This document shows positions 27,901 to 36,375 of a DNA stretch of 64,000 nucleotides, piece after piece. The position numbers and the translations under genes are program-made. Position 1 is the first letter of the stretch. Each line of letters opens with the position of its first letter. Under the pieces are notes generated by a model that was given only the letters and a program-made list of their open reading frames with translations, ran no database searches and had not been told where the DNA came from. The DNA is from a virus (Duplodnaviria > Caudoviricetes), in IMG/VR virus record IMGVR_UViG_2974556156_000001, positions 1 to 64,000 of that record; one strand, given 5' to 3'.

Positions 27901-29658
27901 GCCCCGGTCAGTCTGACACCCAGCAACCCTGCGCCTGCTGCGCCGGGTATCTCGGCCGTGGGTATCGCGGGCGGCCTGGAGGTCTACCTCACGCCCAACA
28001 CCGAGCGTGACCTGACTGGCATGTTGATCTGGGTCTCGACGTCGGCGGGGTTCAATCCGCTCACGACGACGCCTGTCCTAGACACCTCAGTTCAGCGATC
28101 GTTCTTCTACCCGGCCCCAGAGGTCCAACAGCTCTTTGTCCGGGTGGCCTACTATGATGGGTTTGGAAAAGACCCTTCCCAGCTGAACATCTCGGCCGAA
28201 GCTACAGCCACACCCGCGCCTCTGGCCGACATCGGTCAGGAGGTGCTCGATCAACTGCAAGACGCCATCGACATCGGCAACGCCGCCGCCGTCAACGCTC
28301 AGAAGGCGATCGATGACGCAGATGAGTTGGCTCAAAGGGTTATTCGGGACGCTATCGAGGGTCTGGAGGCTCGCGCTCGTTTCCTACTTCTAACCCATAT
28401 CGGCAATACCCCGGCCAAGACGGCTATCGCCGAAGAGATTGTCCAGCGGGAAACCGACACGCTGGCGATGGTGCAGAAGACTGACACCATCATCGCGAAC
28501 TTCAACACCAACGTCGCTGCAGTCGAGCAGCAGTTCACGGCGGTGTCGACTGCTCTGACCTCTGAAGCGAGCGCCCGGCTCACGCTGGCCACCACGGTCG
28601 GCAATAATAAGGCGGCAGCGGATCAGTCGATCCAAACTCTGACGACCAATCTAGGCGCTGAGGTCACGGCTCGAACTGTCTTGGGCACTCAGGTTGGCAA
28701 CAACTACACGGAGTATCTGAACCAGGTCCAACTGCTGCAGGATGCCGACAGCGCTACGGTCACGACTCTGTCGTTGCTGGGTGCTCGAAACGGTACCAGC
28801 ACGGCGTTCATCATCAACAGCAGCACTGCGCAACTGACCAGCAGTGGTCAGAGCATCGGTAACACCCTGTCGGGTATCACCAACAGTGTTGGTACAGTTG
28901 ATGGACGGGTTACGACAGAAATCAGCAACCGGATCAGCCAAGATAGTGCTCTGTCTACCCGTATTGACCAGGTGCAGAATACTGTCGGAAGTCATACGAC
29001 GAGCATCAACACCCTAACCTCAGTCTCTGATGGTCTAAACGCTAAGTACAGCGTGGCTATTCAGACCGACAGTGGCGGTACGAAGCGCGTCTGGGGTTTT
29101 GAGCTGAACAGCAACGGCACGACTGGCTCGTTCGGTGTTCTGGCAGATCGCTTCTCTGTGTCGAACTACGCCGGTAGTGTTGTTCAAACACCCTTCACGA
29201 TCGTTGGCTCGACCGTGAAGATGTCGAACGTTGAAGTCGACACCATCAAGACGAACACCATCGTTGCGACACACATCGTGTCCGACGAGATCACGAGCAC
29301 AGTAGCTACCTCCAGCAGTTACGGAGGGGCGATTGGCAATTATGGTGGTGGTGCGCAAGTCTGTTCTATCAGTGTCTACTGCACCGGTAAGAAGCTGCTG
29401 GTCAACGGCATGTATAGCGCCTCACTGTCAAGCGGCCCCGGCAACATTAACGCCACGGGAAATCTCTACCGCGACGGGACGGTGCTGGTTGACGCCGGTG
29501 CTTATGCCTTGACGAACTATCGATACTCACTGCACTTCTCAACCGTGGACGACCCTGGCGCTGGTTGGTGGACCTATTCTTTGTACGACACCGTCGGTCC
29601 CGGCGCTCAGATCCGCTGGTATAACTACAGCCTATCGGCCACGGAATTGAAGCGATGA
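24925..29658 (+). CDS. central tail tip / host specificity protein (lambda J-like)
   Basis: 1577 aa; GISEGPIAGL, GRIVKVPSNYDP, YT.N.AFIFQD, RYGL, FN3-like repeats, coiled coil and NAKYSV..FGVLADRF C-terminal region. Confidence 0.92.
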   Translation: MSKVLKFGKSSSSSKSPVRTPDTMVSTDTVEVLMGISEGPIAGLVDGPKSFYADSTPLLNETGEPNFKNFALDFYPGNETGHTVQLDLGGFSSPLNVGVNLAKDVPVVRSGFVQGIDCVDFRIVVQQLMLSNDKGTYTTELSLKFEVKKKTSSTWSPAWISEGSTTGLDVTDDENVASYRYYNSDPEIASFEGDVQAYTSTTPPVAPPVDPTQVAYSFKPNTAGTDIDGVYRWSTSTQSWSPVTPSPADPRYTLLADGRRVYKVSAEAPADARQGDLWNTLLGLVGASNMRVLVWNGTAWVKPSEYQPQPVATITNGIWTTNAKVSSPTPKDIRVYLQDAGPNDEWEYRVTKLSADSTTEIFSEVAWESVQEITRTPYTFVGLAMARVIGRASDQFSSIPVWSSLCKGRIVKVPSNYDPVTRIYTGVWDGTYKLAYTNNTAFIFQDFVENTRYGLSSVFPHVVNKWKIYQWGQHCDVQVQKLDGTYQPRWTYNEWIQTPRDAKEMAQYIAGSAGALYVDDGNGIVDVIIDVDAPAVAIFGIENTNEDGFKYSYTDRLTRPNEYTVNFINPDLNWQQDSRIVRDEDDIALFGRIPEDFVATGCTNVDEALRRARRRLIGGLTEKEIVTFTTNRKGRFLSSWDVILVADEKMARGISGRIKAVTGARQVSLRDPVSFEAGIEYWATFDIVNPAYPATSTSPYVTVRRKITNAAGAGYLVLNFDTDLPTLPPKAQFVIEAAGILGFPKAYRITNIEDDAGTGDYIKITALEFNRNKYFYIDTGTGTIEQPGSNEYIVLPPENLKVTPNVKTIGLITTRVLTVSWDASPSKWVRAYHLYHSVNGEPAKKYEVTNALSFDLEGVIPGSQVITLVAVDIRGRESKPVSIGYNTEGETRWVPGPTNLRLVGGVNTLNFDTPDAAFAWDGPAEVDPYFSTYRTEIVRLTTGFPVRVTDVGTALTWSYLYGDMVKDVTPGQSPPRSFKINVYAVDQFGNQSAPVSLTPSNPAPAAPGISAVGIAGGLEVYLTPNTERDLTGMLIWVSTSAGFNPLTTTPVLDTSVQRSFFYPAPEVQQLFVRVAYYDGFGKDPSQLNISAEATATPAPLADIGQEVLDQLQDAIDIGNAAAVNAQKAIDDADELAQRVIRDAIEGLEARARFLLLTHIGNTPAKTAIAEEIVQRETDTLAMVQKTDTIIANFNTNVAAVEQQFTAVSTALTSEASARLTLATTVGNNKAAADQSIQTLTTNLGAEVTARTVLGTQVGNNYTEYLNQVQLLQDADSATVTTLSLLGARNGTSTAFIINSSTAQLTSSGQSIGNTLSGITNSVGTVDGRVTTEISNRISQDSALSTRIDQVQNTVGSHTTSINTLTSVSDGLNAKYSVAIQTDSGGTKRVWGFELNSNGTTGSFGVLADRFSVSNYAGSVVQTPFTIVGSTVKMSNVEVDTIKTNTIVATHIVSDEITSTVATSSSYGGAIGNYGGGAQVCSISVYCTGKKLLVNGMYSASLSSGPGNINATGNLYRDGTVLVDAGAYALTNYRYSLHFSTVDDPGAGWWTYSLYDTVGPGAQIRWYNYSLSATELKR

Positions 29659-29858
29659 GCAGAACCCTGATCTTCTACACCCCGGAAGGAACTATCGTCG
29701 GAAAGACGAGCTACCCGGACGCGCCGGGTTATTTCGAACGACAGACCCATCCGATGACGTCGCTGAAGATGGAGATCCATTCTTCCCTTTCAGCCACGAT
29801 CGAACTATACGAGGTGGACACCTCCACCCAACCGCATCAGCTCCGAAGGAAGCCCTAA
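29655..29858 (+). CDS. small hypothetical protein downstream of J
   Basis: ATGA-coupled to J, 67 aa. Confidence 0.6.
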   Translation: MSRTLIFYTPEGTIVGKTSYPDAPGYFERQTHPMTSLKMEIHSSLSATIELYEVDTSTQPHQLRRKP

Positions 29859-30142
29859 TGGCCCAGGAACTCACGATCCAGGAACAGCTCGTCCAGCTGG
29901 CCACGATCAAGAACAACATCCAGAAGACCGAGCACACTACGCTCGTCTCCCTCGAAGCGGCTCTGCTCGACGCCAATGTCGACGCTCTGATGGCGAGCCT
30001 GAACCACGCCGTCGAGAACCTGGCGGTCACGGATGCCCTGAAGAACACCGCCGGCACCCTGCTCGACCTGTTGAAGACGGCTCGCGTCGTCGCTCAGCGC
30101 GAGCGTATGTTGAGCGAGCAGGCCATCGCCGCTCATGGCTAG
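29858..30142 (+). CDS. hypothetical coiled-coil protein
   Basis: TAATG-coupled, 94 aa, GC3-rich codons. Confidence 0.7.
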   Translation: MAQELTIQEQLVQLATIKNNIQKTEHTTLVSLEAALLDANVDALMASLNHAVENLAVTDALKNTAGTLLDLLKTARVVAQRERMLSEQAIAAHG

Positions 30143-30404
30143 TCCTGCGGAAGCCGCCACCCACATCAACAACTTGGTGGCCGAGGAGAAAGAACTCCTC
30201 GCTCGCCGTTGGTTGATCCATCGTGAAGGCCAGAAACTGGATGACCGGATCGAGACCATCCAAGCCCACCTGGCCGGTGTTCAACTAGGCCAGCAGCACA
30301 AGCAGGCTGAAGTCGACGGCCTGATTGCTGAGGTCGCCGAGCTGAGAGCCAAGCTCGAACGGGCAGAGGTGAAACAAGAGCTGGAAGCCAAGGCCAAGTC
30401 CTGA
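30135..30404 (+). CDS. hypothetical coiled-coil protein
   Basis: 8-nt overlap with upstream gene, 89 aa. Confidence 0.7.
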   Translation: MASPAEAATHINNLVAEEKELLARRWLIHREGQKLDDRIETIQAHLAGVQLGQQHKQAEVDGLIAEVAELRAKLERAEVKQELEAKAKS

Positions 30405-30441
30405 TAACGGAGAGGTCTAGCACCTCTTCCAGGGACCTCCG

Positions 30442-30993
30442 GTGACCATCAGCAATACCGAAATCGCTGCCCAGATTGTCGATCTGATCGACAAGTGGAA
30501 CAATCGCGAGGACGAGCTGGTAGCGTGGCTGGCCGGTACGGCTACCGGAGGTCCCAACAACAACGGCCTCTACCCTCTAACTAACGAGCTGGGCGTGACC
30601 TATATGGTTGCCTGCCCAGCCAAGATGGTTCAGGTCACCCAAAAGGGTGACAAGGGTGATGACGCCAAGGTCGACCTGATCATCCAGGCTCAGTTTGCGG
30701 TAGGGGCTAGTGAACCGCTTCCCCCTATCATTGCCGCAGCGGCTATCACCTTCACGCCCGCCAGCTGTAAGGCCTGGGCCAAGGGGGCTCCGAGCGGCTC
30801 TGCAGTGACCATGACCGCGACGAAGAACGGCGCGGCTTGGATGAGCTGCACCTGGGCGGCCGGAAGCCAAACAGGCACGGTCTCCTTCACCGGATCCCCC
30901 TCCCTGGCCGTTGGGGATATAGTCGAGCCGTATGGCCCGGCGACTTTCAATTCGGCATTTCAGTCGCCGACCATTACTCTCGCAGGAGCATAA
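30442..30993 (+). CDS. putative tail fibre anchor/structural protein
   Basis: GTG start; N-terminus resembles fibre attachment segments; beta-rich C-terminal domain. Confidence 0.55.
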   Translation: MTISNTEIAAQIVDLIDKWNNREDELVAWLAGTATGGPNNNGLYPLTNELGVTYMVACPAKMVQVTQKGDKGDDAKVDLIIQAQFAVGASEPLPPIIAAAAITFTPASCKAWAKGAPSGSAVTMTATKNGAAWMSCTWAAGSQTGTVSFTGSPSLAVGDIVEPYGPATFNSAFQSPTITLAGA

Positions 30994-30995
30994 AC

Positions 30996-31403
30996 ATGGC
31001 TATTCAGGAGTCCGTGCCCATCGCCAACGCTCGTCTTGATGTTATTGAGACGACCGTTGGGGTATCCCCCAAGCTGCAGATCTGGACTGGAGCCCAACCG
31101 GCCAACTGCGCCGCCGCCGCCACTGGCACCAAGCTGGCCGAGCTGACGCTGCCCTCCGACTGGATGGCCAATTCCTCGGCTGGTTCGAAGGCCAAGGCCG
31201 GCACCTGGTCAGGCACCGGCCTGGCCACCGGCACGGCGGGCTATTGGAGGCTCACCGACAGTGCTGGTACGACCTGCCATCTGCAGGGTAATATCACCAC
31301 GACTGCTGTGGGCACCGGCGACATGTTGCTGGACAACACTTCGATCACCACGGGTCAGGCCATGGCGGTCTCGACCTTCACCCTCACGGACGGGAACGCC
31401 TAA
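30996..31403 (+). CDS. putative virion structural protein (fibre cassette)
   Basis: ATG 30996 with GGAG SD; Thr/Gly/Ala-rich beta protein of a recurrent phage type (NARLD.IET..G..P.LQI.TG.QPANC). Confidence 0.7.
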   Translation: MAIQESVPIANARLDVIETTVGVSPKLQIWTGAQPANCAAAATGTKLAELTLPSDWMANSSAGSKAKAGTWSGTGLATGTAGYWRLTDSAGTTCHLQGNITTTAVGTGDMLLDNTSITTGQAMAVSTFTLTDGNA

Positions 31404-31406
31404 GCC

Positions 31407-31601
31407 ATGAACCTGCAATCCAAGCTGGACTACTGGTCGCAGCACACCCGTAGCATCACGCGCCACGACGACGAAAACTCGGCCGTCCGCAAGGCCTATC
31501 TGGCCAAGATGCGAAAGATCCTCGACGAAGAGGAAGCGGCCATCGACGAGCGGGATGCTGCTCGCATTAACGAACTGATGGGTGAGAACGAGACCGAGTA
31601 A
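31407..31601 (+). CDS. small hypothetical protein
   Basis: 64 aa in a coupled gene chain. Confidence 0.6.
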   Translation: MNLQSKLDYWSQHTRSITRHDDENSAVRKAYLAKMRKILDEEEAAIDERDAARINELMGENETE

Positions 31602-31951
31602 TGGCTGGCCTCCTCAATCGTGTGAAGATGGGCATTTCGGGCGCTCCGGGGAACGGAGCGACGATCACCCTCGCGTCTGCAGAAACTGGCTTCCAGAGCT
31701 TCGCTACGGCTGGAGCTGTGGTCGGCATGCAGTACAGCTACACGATTGAGGAGGGTCAAAGCCTCTGGGAGTCAGGCTTTGGCACCTATAACGGCTCGAC
31801 CTTCGTTCGTGATCAGGTCGTCGCCGGCAGTAGTGGTGCGGGAGTTCGTATCACCATCACCAACGCGGCCAAGATTTTCGTGACCGCCCTCAGCGAAGAC
31901 ATCGGTGCGGGTAATCTCGCGACCCTGATGAAGTATGGAGCCGCGCTCTAA
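31601..31951 (+). CDS. putative virion structural protein (fibre cassette)
   Basis: NRVK...G.G.TITL..A..GFQSF...Y.I....WE.G.GTY pattern seen in many phage tail regions. Confidence 0.7.
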   Translation: MAGLLNRVKMGISGAPGNGATITLASAETGFQSFATAGAVVGMQYSYTIEEGQSLWESGFGTYNGSTFVRDQVVAGSSGAGVRITITNAAKIFVTALSEDIGAGNLATLMKYGAAL

Positions 31952-33180
31952 TGACCGACACGATTGAAGAAATCTGCAACACCTCGATCTCTCTGACTCA
32001 GCTCCAAGCCGGATATACGCTTTTTGATCTTCCTGCGACCGATGGTTTTGTCATTCGAGACCTGATTGTCTCGAATGTGAAGAACCGCCGAGTGATCCTC
32101 ATGCGGAACTCAGCCCTCTGGCGCGTCGTGGACGCCTCCATGGCTCTGTCGGGTACGGAGATCTTGCCGAAGGGGTCTGAGGTCACTGCTCAATACACAG
32201 GCTCGCCGATTTTCAATGGCTTTCAAAGTGTCGGACAAAATGGTGTCTCGGTCACCACGACGAACACGATTTTCGACGATGGCCTGCCTAAGACCAACAC
32301 CTCTATACTAGTAGGTATGGCTCCAGTGACTACCGTGGGTAACTCCCCGGTGATCTCTACACCTCTAACTCTAACGCCTATTTTCCAATACCTCGCCAGT
32401 AATGGCGACTTCTATTACGCCTCCGACGCTGGGGTATGTTATCGCCGGGCCGGGGGCGTCAACGGCGCTCAAACCTCTATCTTCTCAGGTAATCCTGTCG
32501 GGGCTATAACAGTAGACCCTGTTACTGGGATCATGTACGCCTATCACAATAATAGCGGTAATAATATTATCTATCGGCATAATACCACGAACAATACGCC
32601 GCTTTCTAGTATAACTCCAGACACAGCTCCCTACACCGCCTCCAGCGGCAATCCGACAAGGTTAGCTGTCGCAGCGTATAACAACGTTCTGTACGTTGGA
32701 ACATACAGCAATAATACAATCTGGGTCATCAATGCCACTACTGGTGCTTTGATTACCAGCTTCGCCGTCTCAGCATCCCCCGGTTCTCAGCGACCTCAGA
32801 TGCGTTTCCATAAGACGAAAGACGATAATGTCTACTTTACCTATGTGCATGCCACAGACGGTATGAGTGTCTACTCTATTGCTGGGGGTAATCCGGCGAC
32901 TGCGCCTGGGAGCCCCGTCCTAGTTGCTATGGCGATGAACATTTTCAATAACGCAATTTACACCCGGTTAGTTTCATTGGTCGGCACAGACTACGTACTG
33001 GCATATGACGGTACAAGCTTTCAATTTATCAATCTCACGAACAAGACTTTCTTTACCCAAACGTCAGCCACCCCTGGTAACACCTATATTCTGCAAAGCA
33101 CCTCTGGTTACGATGCCGCGAGAGCCTCAGCTGATTTCGGGTCAGTGGTTGTTGAGGTACAAGGTGTTCGCTTTAATTAA
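31951..33180 (+). CDS. putative receptor-binding protein with beta-propeller-like core (low-GC)
   Basis: 409 aa; AITVDP..GIMY and LAVAAYNNVLYV...NTIWVIN repeats; AT-rich codons. Confidence 0.6.
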   Translation: MTDTIEEICNTSISLTQLQAGYTLFDLPATDGFVIRDLIVSNVKNRRVILMRNSALWRVVDASMALSGTEILPKGSEVTAQYTGSPIFNGFQSVGQNGVSVTTTNTIFDDGLPKTNTSILVGMAPVTTVGNSPVISTPLTLTPIFQYLASNGDFYYASDAGVCYRRAGGVNGAQTSIFSGNPVGAITVDPVTGIMYAYHNNSGNNIIYRHNTTNNTPLSSITPDTAPYTASSGNPTRLAVAAYNNVLYVGTYSNNTIWVINATTGALITSFAVSASPGSQRPQMRFHKTKDDNVYFTYVHATDGMSVYSIAGGNPATAPGSPVLVAMAMNIFNNAIYTRLVSLVGTDYVLAYDGTSFQFINLTNKTFFTQTSATPGNTYILQSTSGYDAARASADFGSVVVEVQGVRFN

Positions 33181-33194
33181 GGAAGAGATTAGTT

Positions 33195-33509
33195 ATGCTC
33201 ACGAACGCCTACAACTCTGGTAAACTAGTTGCCATTACTGGCGCTGGCTCGGTTGCTAGTCAGGTACTTTACACTGTTCCAGAAGGTAAGACTTTCATCG
33301 GTCATGTCACCTGGGGTGCTGGCTCGGGGGTCAACGTGACTCTTAGTCTGAACGGCGTGGACGTCGTTTTTGGGTATGGTTCCACAACTACCCAGGGGGG
33401 TGGAAGCGTTCCGATCACCCTACCGGCTGGGACTGTTGTATCGACTTCGGCTACCGGCACGGCCGCCTCAAACCTACCCATTTGTCTGATTGGCAACGAA
33501 GTCCAATGA
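33195..33509 (+). CDS. small beta-rich structural protein (low-GC)
   Basis: AAGGAAG SD; LYTVPEGKTF..LPAGTV jelly-roll-like pattern. Confidence 0.6.
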   Translation: MLTNAYNSGKLVAITGAGSVASQVLYTVPEGKTFIGHVTWGAGSGVNVTLSLNGVDVVFGYGSTTTQGGGSVPITLPAGTVVSTSATGTAASNLPICLIGNEVQ

Positions 33510-34108
33510 TCGCTCAGCAGCAGCCTGATGGGTCCTGGATCGTCACGACGGATGATGGGGCTTACGAGTGTGCCCTGGCCTCGCACAATGGCTCTCCCGA
33601 GAGCCTGGTAGCCTTCCTGCAATCGCAGCCATTCAACCTCTATTTCCGACCCGCCAAGACGTCGGAAGAGCGAGCCGCCGAGCGGCTGGCCGCGCGCAAG
33701 GCGACTATCTTGCGCAAGATCGAGGTCGAGTACCAGAGGCGCTTGCTCGAAGACTTCCCCTACGACTTCGGCACCGCTCCAGCCTTTGATCTGACCGGCG
33801 GTAGCCGCCAGGCAGGGGTACTGAACCTGCAGATGGCTCCTGAGAACCAGCGCGACTGGCAGATCACTTGGCTGGATGCGATCTCGTCGCCACCGACGGC
33901 GACGTTGACGATTATCTGCGAGAACCGCTGGTACGTGTCAGGCCCGCCTGCACTCTTCATCGCGGCGTTCCAGGCCATCAAGACCTCCCGTCAACAGCTC
34001 TTGGCTGGAAGTAAGATGCTCGCCAAATTGGTTGAGGACGCTGAAACGGACGAGACGCTCGACACAGTAGAAGGCTTGATAGCGCTGCCGGTTTGGGGCA
34101 TCTCCTAA
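33506..34108 (+). CDS. putative fibre assembly chaperone (DUF4376-like)
   Basis: ATGA-coupled; RKATILRKIEVEYQRRL...LQM....QRDW resembles DUF4376 tail-fibre-associated proteins. Confidence 0.5.
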   Translation: MIAQQQPDGSWIVTTDDGAYECALASHNGSPESLVAFLQSQPFNLYFRPAKTSEERAAERLAARKATILRKIEVEYQRRLLEDFPYDFGTAPAFDLTGGSRQAGVLNLQMAPENQRDWQITWLDAISSPPTATLTIICENRWYVSGPPALFIAAFQAIKTSRQQLLAGSKMLAKLVEDAETDETLDTVEGLIALPVWGIS

Positions 34109-34111
34109 GCC

Positions 34112-34978
34112 ATGCTTGGCTTCTACCCGACAGCTTCCGCACCCATAACGTCGGGTAGCCGAGAACTACCAGTGATCGTCGCTTCGGCGGCGATCATCAT
34201 GGGAGGTCTGTCGTCGTCAGCTATCGCTGCGGTCACTGTTGCAGCCACTCTGAACAAGACCATGGCGGGCATGACAGACAACCTGGTCATGGGTGTGGTC
34301 GTGACAGGCTCGACGACCAAGACCATGTCGTCTATGACGCGAAGCATCTCCGGTGCTCTTAGTATTGCAGCCAGCCTGGCTCGCTCACTGGCGTCTGTGG
34401 TCTCAAGCTCTACGGGCTTCCTGTCGATCAATATCTCCTTGGGTAAGACACTCGGCAACCTGGTCAAGGACCTGCAGATGCAGATCTACGACCGAACGGC
34501 CAATGTGAACATCACACTCGCTGGGATGACCGACAACATCGTTGCTCAGGTCTCCATCGCCGCCAGCCTTGCCAAGACCTTAGCAGGGATGACCGACAAC
34601 ATCGTTGGTCAGGTCTCGATCGCTGCGAGCCTGTCCAAGACGATGAACCCTGTTTCAGCATCCATTTCAGGTGCGCTGACGGTGGCGGCCAGCCTTGCCA
34701 AGACCCTAGCAGGGATGACCGACAACATCGTTGGTCAGGTCTCGATCGCTGCGAGCCTGTCCAAGACAATGTCCTCCATGTCACGCTCGATCACCATGGC
34801 GGTCTCGATCGCTGCAAGCCTGTCCAAGACGATGTCCTCCATGTCACGCTCGATCACCATGGCGGTCTCGATCGCTGCGAGCCTGTCCAAGACGATGTCA
34901 TCCATGTCGCGCTCGATCACCGGGCGGGTTTACATTCTGCGTCGGACGTTCTTCATGAGGTCTATCAGGAGGTCGTAA
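34112..34978 (+). CDS. 21-aa repeat protein (fibre-shaft candidate)
   Basis: MLGFYPTASAPI N-terminus then about 12 repeats of SIAASL(S/A)KT(M/L)..M...I...V. Confidence 0.8.
   Translation: MLGFYPTASAPITSGSRELPVIVASAAIIMGGLSSSAIAAVTVAATLNKTMAGMTDNLVMGVVVTGSTTKTMSSMTRSISGALSIAASLARSLASVVSSSTGFLSINISLGKTLGNLVKDLQMQIYDRTANVNITLAGMTDNIVAQVSIAASLAKTLAGMTDNIVGQVSIAASLSKTMNPVSASISGALTVAASLAKTLAGMTDNIVGQVSIAASLSKTMSSMSRSITMAVSIAASLSKTMSSMSRSITMAVSIAASLSKTMSSMSRSITGRVYILRRTFFMRSIRRS
34550..34927 (+). repeat. 63-bp tandem repeats
   Basis: GTCTC(G/C)ATCGC..C.AGCCT.(T/G)CCAAGAC at 34550, 34613, 34739, 34802, 34865; degenerate unit at 34676. Confidence 0.9.
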
Positions 34979-35376
34979 TGTCCAGCTTCACCGAGGCCAC
35001 GGTCACTAAGCTCGACGTTCGCACACCGCCTGTCTTTCTCTGGTTCGGCAGTCGTCCCTATTATCGGATCAATGAAGGGTTCCGCTACTATATCGGGCAT
35101 GTAGGTTCGAACGTCTTCGTGGACGTCCCGGCCGGGTTCATCACCGACTTTGTGAGCGCCCCATGGCTGGTCGACTGGATCTTCGATCGTAAGAGAGCAG
35201 CCAAGTCCGCCGCAGTCCATGATCGCTGTCGGGAGGATGAGAGCCTCTCCCTGCTGGAGGGTAACTGTTTCTTCCACATGGCTATGGAGACTGAAAAGAC
35301 TCCTTGGCTGCAGCGGGAAGTTTACGCCCTGGCTGTCCGCTTCAATCGATCTCGGATTAAGCATCAGTCGAAGTGA
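34978..35376 (+). CDS. DUF1353 family protein
   Basis: VPAGFITDFVSAP...KSAAVHD motif. Confidence 0.8.
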   Translation: MSSFTEATVTKLDVRTPPVFLWFGSRPYYRINEGFRYYIGHVGSNVFVDVPAGFITDFVSAPWLVDWIFDRKRAAKSAAVHDRCREDESLSLLEGNCFFHMAMETEKTPWLQREVYALAVRFNRSRIKHQSK

Positions 35377-35380
35377 ATAT
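35371..35380 (+). promoter_or_regulatory. box AAGTGAATAT upstream of the small RHH gene
   Basis: Exact reverse complement of 15556-15565; followed by AT-rich ACACTATAC. Confidence 0.55.
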
Positions 35381-35430
35381 ACACTATACCAATGGGTGGC
35401 GTGCTATCACAGGCTGTGCCACTAAGCCTC

Positions 35431-35613
35431 ATGGCAAAACCAACCGGCATCATCGCGTATGGTCGTCCCGAGGATCGGCTAAAGCTTGCCGCCATCGCTA
35501 AGAGCGAGGGTGTGACGAGCAGCCGTTGGATTGTCGACCAGATCCGAAAGCGATATCGGGAGCTGTACGCTGAGACGCCTCCCGAAAACCTCACCGGTGG
35601 TGGGGAGAACTAG
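35431..35613 (+). CDS. small ribbon-helix-helix-like DNA-binding protein
   Basis: IIAYG.PEDRLKLAAIAKSEGVTSSRWIVDQIR fits the CopG/RHH pattern; start could be 35392. Confidence 0.6.
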   Translation: MAKPTGIIAYGRPEDRLKLAAIAKSEGVTSSRWIVDQIRKRYRELYAETPPENLTGGGEN

Positions 35614-35617
35614 TAGC

Positions 35618-35992
35618 GTGCCAGTGGACCCCGTTGAAATGCACCAGGTCATTATGCCGATCATCGACCGGATGATTGACCCTCTCGTGCGTCGTCTCGA
35701 TCAGCAAGATCAAGACCGGCGGGTCGACATGGCGGCCTTGGGCCAGAAGATCGACAAGATCGCCGACATCGCCCATCAGATCGCCGCCCACGACGCGCGG
35801 GCCAACAACACCGAGAACCGCCTGGCTGATGCGGAGGAGTCCCTCCTGGCCCTAGCGTCGCGCATCAACATCCAGGAGGGGCGCAACCAGGTGATCGTCT
35901 GGTTGCTCGGCCTGGTTGGTGCTCCGCTGACCGTTATGCTGGTCGCCGCCGGTATCGCGAAGCTCTTCAATATCAAGTTTGGGGGAGGGTAG
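35618..35992 (+). CDS. coiled-coil protein with C-terminal transmembrane helix (holin/antiholin-like)
   Basis: GTG 35618; VIVWLLGLVGAPLTVMLVAAGIA; first membrane gene of the lysis cassette. Confidence 0.6.
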   Translation: MPVDPVEMHQVIMPIIDRMIDPLVRRLDQQDQDRRVDMAALGQKIDKIADIAHQIAAHDARANNTENRLADAEESLLALASRINIQEGRNQVIVWLLGLVGAPLTVMLVAAGIAKLFNIKFGGG

Positions 35993-35994
35993 CC

Positions 35995-36375
35995 ATGGCT
36001 GACAAGACGCCCACGGCGACCGTCGCAGAGCCGGAAGTCACGGCGTCCTCGCCAGCCGGAGCTACCGTTCAACAGCGGACGATCAGTCACGAGGAAGCCT
36101 CCGATCTGCCCGAGCCCAAGCGGGCCTCGCAGATCTGGTTCTTCTTCGTCGTCGTCCTGGCCTGTCTGGGCCTGACCTACTGGGTCACCGGACGCACCCA
36201 CTCTGAGCCGACGTTGCGGGAGATCGCCCGCAACGCGCTGGCTATCGTGGCCCTGATCGTGTTCGTGTTCGGCGCTGGTGCTGGCGCTCTCGACGTGGTT
36301 AAACTCGTCGGTGCTATCAGAACCACCCGTAAGGAGACCGTCACGACGGCGGTCGGTGAGGAGCCCAAGCCGTGA
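35995..36375 (+). CDS. putative holin
   Basis: Two hydrophobic segments; directly upstream of the endolysin. Confidence 0.65.
   Translation: MADKTPTATVAEPEVTASSPAGATVQQRTISHEEASDLPEPKRASQIWFFFVVVLACLGLTYWVTGRTHSEPTLREIARNALAIVALIVFVFGAGAGALDVVKLVGAIRTTRKETVTTAVGEEPKP

Noticed and set aside
34550-34927. Diversity-generating retroelement template/variable repeat pair
   Set aside because: Repeats are tandem and in-frame, differences are not adenine-specific, and no reverse transcriptase is in the window
35401-35410. GTGCTATCAC repeated at 63224-63233
   Set aside because: Only two 10-bp copies, in opposite orientation relative to transcription; compatible with chance
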